This document shows, piece after piece, positions 60,870-64,000 of a DNA stretch of 64,000 bases. This stretch comes from Cyanobacteria bacterium P01_D01_bin.156 (GTDB taxonomy: Bacteria; Cyanobacteriota; Cyanobacteriia; Phormidesmidales; Phormidesmidaceae). Each line of letters starts with the position of its first letter. The stretch's first letter is position 1. The stretch is taken from positions 1 to 64,000 of the forward strand of contig JBCCQQ010000023.1 of the NCBI GenBank assembly GCA_039024555.1, given 5' to 3'. A model generated the notes under the pieces. That model made no database searches. It saw nothing but the letters and a program-made list of their open reading frames with translations, and had not been told where the DNA came from. The position numbers were made by a program, and so were the translations under genes.

Positions 60870-60905
60870 AAAGGATGTAGATTTAGAACCTACATCCTTT
60901 TTTTT
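60870..60905 (+). terminator. Rho-independent terminator
   Basis: AAAGGATGTAG / CTACATCCTTT followed by a T-run. Confidence 0.85.
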
Positions 60906-60972
60906 ATGCTGAGAAGCTAGGCCCAACTTTAGAGACTACGCTATGGTGCTATGAGGCGACTTACGCACCTGC

Positions 60973-61563
60973 ATGACCCCCCAAGATATTTTCTATCAAC
61001 TCCAAACTCGGTTTGGTGCAGATTGTTTAACTGTGCCTGCTGAGGATACCTGGCAAATAGACACCCCTGAACTGCGTTTGCTAGTTGTGGTATCTCAAAA
61101 TCAAACTTGGCTGCAAATGCTGATTCCCATTGTGCCCCTGGCCGAGGCGCAACCGTTTCTAAAGGAAATTTTGGCGGCCAACTTCGAGCAAACTCAAACG
61201 GCTCGCTATGCCATCTATGAAGATGCACTGTGGGGAGTCTTTCAACATTGTTTGGAGACGTTGGATCCAATGGATTTCTCCGTTGCCTTAGAACAGTTGC
61301 TCAGTATGAAAGCGACCGGGGTCTCTTCGTTTTTTAATGATGTTATTGAAACCCGCATTCGCCAGCTGATCATCGCAGCTAAACTGCGGGGACAGTCCCT
61401 AGAAGCCACAATGCAAACCATTAGTCGGTTTTATGCTGAGGGGATGATGGGAGATATGCAGGACAGCAACTATGGAGAACGAGCTTTAGGAGCATGGCAG
61501 AAACAGCTAGAACGTCTATGGCCTGAAGTTAATCCACCGCAGACCGCTGCCAACAATGACTAA
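60973..61563 (+). CDS. T3SS-chaperone/YbjN-like conserved protein
   Basis: ILAANFEQTQTARYA, LWGVFQH and RFYAEGMMG. Confidence 0.7.
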   Translation: MTPQDIFYQLQTRFGADCLTVPAEDTWQIDTPELRLLVVVSQNQTWLQMLIPIVPLAEAQPFLKEILAANFEQTQTARYAIYEDALWGVFQHCLETLDPMDFSVALEQLLSMKATGVSSFFNDVIETRIRQLIIAAKLRGQSLEATMQTISRFYAEGMMGDMQDSNYGERALGAWQKQLERLWPEVNPPQTAANND

Positions 61564-61957
61564 TCAAGACTCTACAATCTTCACAGTAATTGAGCATGTC
61601 AAAGCCGATTACAAACGGTTTCCGAACGATCAAACCTATGAGCTGTATGCAGAGGATGTGTATTTCAAAGATCCGATGAATGCGTTTCGTGGTGTGGCTC
61701 AATATCAGCGCATGATCGGATTTATCGACCGATGGTTTCACAATATCGATCTAGAGCTACATGGTGTAGATATCAAAACAGACGATACCTTTACTACGCG
61801 TTGGACACTTCACTTTACAGCCCCTACTCCATGGCAACCTCGAATATCTATTCCTGGCTGGAGTGAACTTCAACTCAATACTGCCGGGCTGATTTGTTCT
61901 CATGTTGACTATTGGGACTGCTCAAGATGGGCTGTGCTTAAGCAATTATTTGTCTAG
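61556..61957 (+). CDS. DUF2358 (SnoaL/NTF2-like) protein
   Basis: YAEDVYFKDP and HVDYWD. Confidence 0.85.
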   Translation: MTNQDSTIFTVIEHVKADYKRFPNDQTYELYAEDVYFKDPMNAFRGVAQYQRMIGFIDRWFHNIDLELHGVDIKTDDTFTTRWTLHFTAPTPWQPRISIPGWSELQLNTAGLICSHVDYWDCSRWAVLKQLFV

Positions 61958-62057
61958 GCGATTGTCGATATAGACGGCATACTTAATGTCTAATTGGCTC
62001 TTAAAAATGCCTGAATAGCAGGTGGGTTCACGACACAATCAGTGCTAATTTTCATAC

Positions 62058-62825
62058 TTGGTAATGAGTAACCTCAATCCAACTGAACGGTTTTCAGACC
62101 GGGTAGCTGACTACATTAAGTATCGACCTGATTATCCAGTAGCTCTAATGGAGTACCTGGTGGAGTGTTGTCAATTAAAGCCAGACCATGTGGTTGCTGA
62201 TATTGGTTCAGGAACAGGACTATTAACCCAACCCTTTCTTGAGTATGGCAACCGGATATATGGTGTTGAGCCCAATGTCAATATGCGGCAAGCGGCAGAA
62301 TCAAGGTTATCTGCCTATGCCAAGTTTGAGAGTGTGTTTGGTCAAGCAGAGGCCACGACCCTAGCTGCAAATTCTGTAGACTGGATTATTGCTGGTCAAG
62401 CGTTTCACTGGTTTGAACCTAGGGCTACTCGACAGGAGTTTAAGCGTATTTTGGTGCCTGGAGGTAATATTGCCCTCATTTGGAACAGTCGCTCCATGAG
62501 CGATCCATTTCATCAGGCGTATGAGACTTTTTTATTGACCCATGCTCCTGATTATCCCAATGTTCGTCGTCAAAAAGTCACACCAGAGGCGTTGGTTCAG
62601 TTTTTTGCTCCAGCAACTATGAAAACTGCCTCATTTGAGCATCATCAGGTGTTTGGTTTTGAGGGCTTGAAGGGCCGTTTGCTATCTTGCTCCTATGCGC
62701 CTAAAGAAGATGCAAAAAACTATGGAGAAATGATGGCAGATTTGCGATCGCTCTTTCTTCGTTACAGCCACGCGAATCAGCTTATTTTCCGCTACACAAC
62801 AAATCTCTATTACGCTCAGCCATAG
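62058..62825 (+). CDS. Class I SAM-dependent methyltransferase
   Basis: YRPDYP, ADIGSGTG and AGQAFHWF. Confidence 0.9.
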   Translation: MVMSNLNPTERFSDRVADYIKYRPDYPVALMEYLVECCQLKPDHVVADIGSGTGLLTQPFLEYGNRIYGVEPNVNMRQAAESRLSAYAKFESVFGQAEATTLAANSVDWIIAGQAFHWFEPRATRQEFKRILVPGGNIALIWNSRSMSDPFHQAYETFLLTHAPDYPNVRRQKVTPEALVQFFAPATMKTASFEHHQVFGFEGLKGRLLSCSYAPKEDAKNYGEMMADLRSLFLRYSHANQLIFRYTTNLYYAQP

Positions 62826-62834
62826 AATAACAAT

Positions 62835-62868
62835 AAAAAAGGAGAGACATAAACGCATCTCTCCTTTT
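62835..62868. terminator. Bidirectional terminator
   Basis: AAAAAAGGAGAGA / TCTCTCCTTTT. Confidence 0.8.
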
Positions 62869-62893
62869 CCCGTAAGCGTAAAATTTTTATCCT

Positions 62894-64000
62894 TTAGGAA
62901 GCGAATCGAATTTTGAGATAATCATCTTCCATCTTGGCTCCGGCAGGTTGAAGGGCCGCTAAAGCCTGGGGTAGCACTAAATTACGACGATGATTGCCAA
63001 TGCGGATATTGAGTTCATCAGCACTCTTACTCAGCTCAACTTGGCTTTTTGGAATGCCTGGTAGATAAACTTCTAAGCTGTAATTATTCTCTTCTTGCAC
63101 CACCCGTAGCGTGGTTTCCTTGTAGTATACCTGTGTGGGATCTTCGTCACCGTAGATGGTTTCTTTTAACCGTTCCAGGGCTTGGATGCCGCACATCTCT
63201 TCTGAGAACAACGGTACCTCCTTAACCGGTAAGGGGCGGAAGTCGTCGTGAATCTCTTGCCGATAAGTTTGTTGGTTCTCTTTCCATCGCTGGAAGAATG
63301 GATCGGTAACGCTGTCAGGGATAATCCGATTGGCGACCACCATATCAGTACCAACATTATAAAGACTCAAGTAAGCATGGGCCCGTAGCGATTCCTTGAT
63401 GACCATTTTTTCAGGGTTGGTCACCAAGCGGACTGATGTCGTCGTCGTATCTGTGAGTACTTTTTCCAGTTCTACTAGCTGTTCGTAAAACTCATAGGGA
63501 GCGTCCATGACTTCATTGGTGGGCAACGAAAACCCTGCCACGGGACGGAATAATGGCTCAACAATAGGGCGTAGAGCCGCAGAAACCGCTTGGAATGGCT
63601 TGTATAGCTTGCGCATGTACCAGCCGGCTACTTCCGGTAAGCTCAGCAACCGTAGGGCTGTGCCTGTTGGCGCAGAGTCGATGATCAGCACATCATACTC
63701 ATTCTCATCATGGTGCCGCTTCATACGTACCAAGCTAAAAATTTCATCCATTCCTGGCAAAATCGCCAGTTCTTCGGCCTCTACCCCCTCTAATCCACGC
63801 GCTTGCAGTACCTGGGTAATGTAGCGCTTGACTGCTCCCCAGTTACCTTCTAGTTCGCGCAGGGCATCGAGTTCTGCACCCCACAGATTGGGTTTTACCT
63901 CACGGGGTGTGTGCTCCAGCTCCATATCAAAGCTATCGGCCAGGGAGTGGGCCGGATCAGTACTGAGTACCAGGGTCTTATAGCCCAATTCAGCACAGCG
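62894..64000 (-). CDS. arsA: ArsA/Get3/TRC40-family ATPase with C-terminal HSP20-like domain (5' end beyond window)
   Basis: [23 protein letters not shown] and [10 protein letters not shown]. Confidence 0.9.
   Translation of the reverse strand, partial: RCAELGYKTLVLSTDPAHSLADSFDMELEHTPREVKPNLWGAELDALRELEGNWGAVKRYITQVLQARGLEGVEAEELAILPGMDEIFSLVRMKRHHDENEYDVLIIDSAPTGTALRLLSLPEVAGWYMRKLYKPFQAVSAALRPIVEPLFRPVAGFSLPTNEVMDAPYEFYEQLVELEKVLTDTTTTSVRLVTNPEKMVIKESLRAHAYLSLYNVGTDMVVANRIIPDSVTDPFFQRWKENQQTYRQEIHDDFRPLPVKEVPLFSEEMCGIQALERLKETIYGDEDPTQVYYKETTLRVVQEENNYSLEVYLPGIPKSQVELSKSADELNIRIGNHRRNLVLPQALAALQPAGAKMEDDYLKIRFAS

Overview
Cyanobacterial chromosomal DNA. The evidence is scattered HIP1 octamers (GCGATCGC), a CcmK-type shell gene, curT, a SigE-like sigma factor and Uma2 genes. 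A marine or salt-adapted filamentous lineage is plausible from gpgS, but that is inference. Most of the window is housekeeping backbone: glmS, ttcA, nudC, priA, sigE, gpgS, hflX, perR-prx-DDOR, cdsA and arsA. Two accessory blocks stand out. (1) An AT-rich ~17 kb Wzx/Wzy-type polysaccharide locus (8152-24876) with two sulfotransferases, two GT4 enzymes, Wzy/Wza/Wzc-like/Wzx and rfbCDAB. It lies between a decayed ISAs1 and an internally deleted IS4-type element and probably makes a sulfated, rhamnose-containing exopolysaccharide. (2) A run of four predicted nucleases (47793-52100) centred on a low-GC stand-alone ABC-ATPase/TOPRIM (OLD-like) gene. It is preceded by an orphan divergent ccmK and followed by a ~680-aa uncharacterised protein with GT-A-like motifs. 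Other points: an IS end truncating a SIMPL gene at the window start, a NACHT NTPase, a probable non-AUG start for hflX, a possible MITE, REP-like palindromes, NtcA/PerR/RpaB-like boxes and an sRNA candidate. I saw no rRNA, tRNA or CRISPR array. All calls come from reading motifs by eye; no database searches were run.
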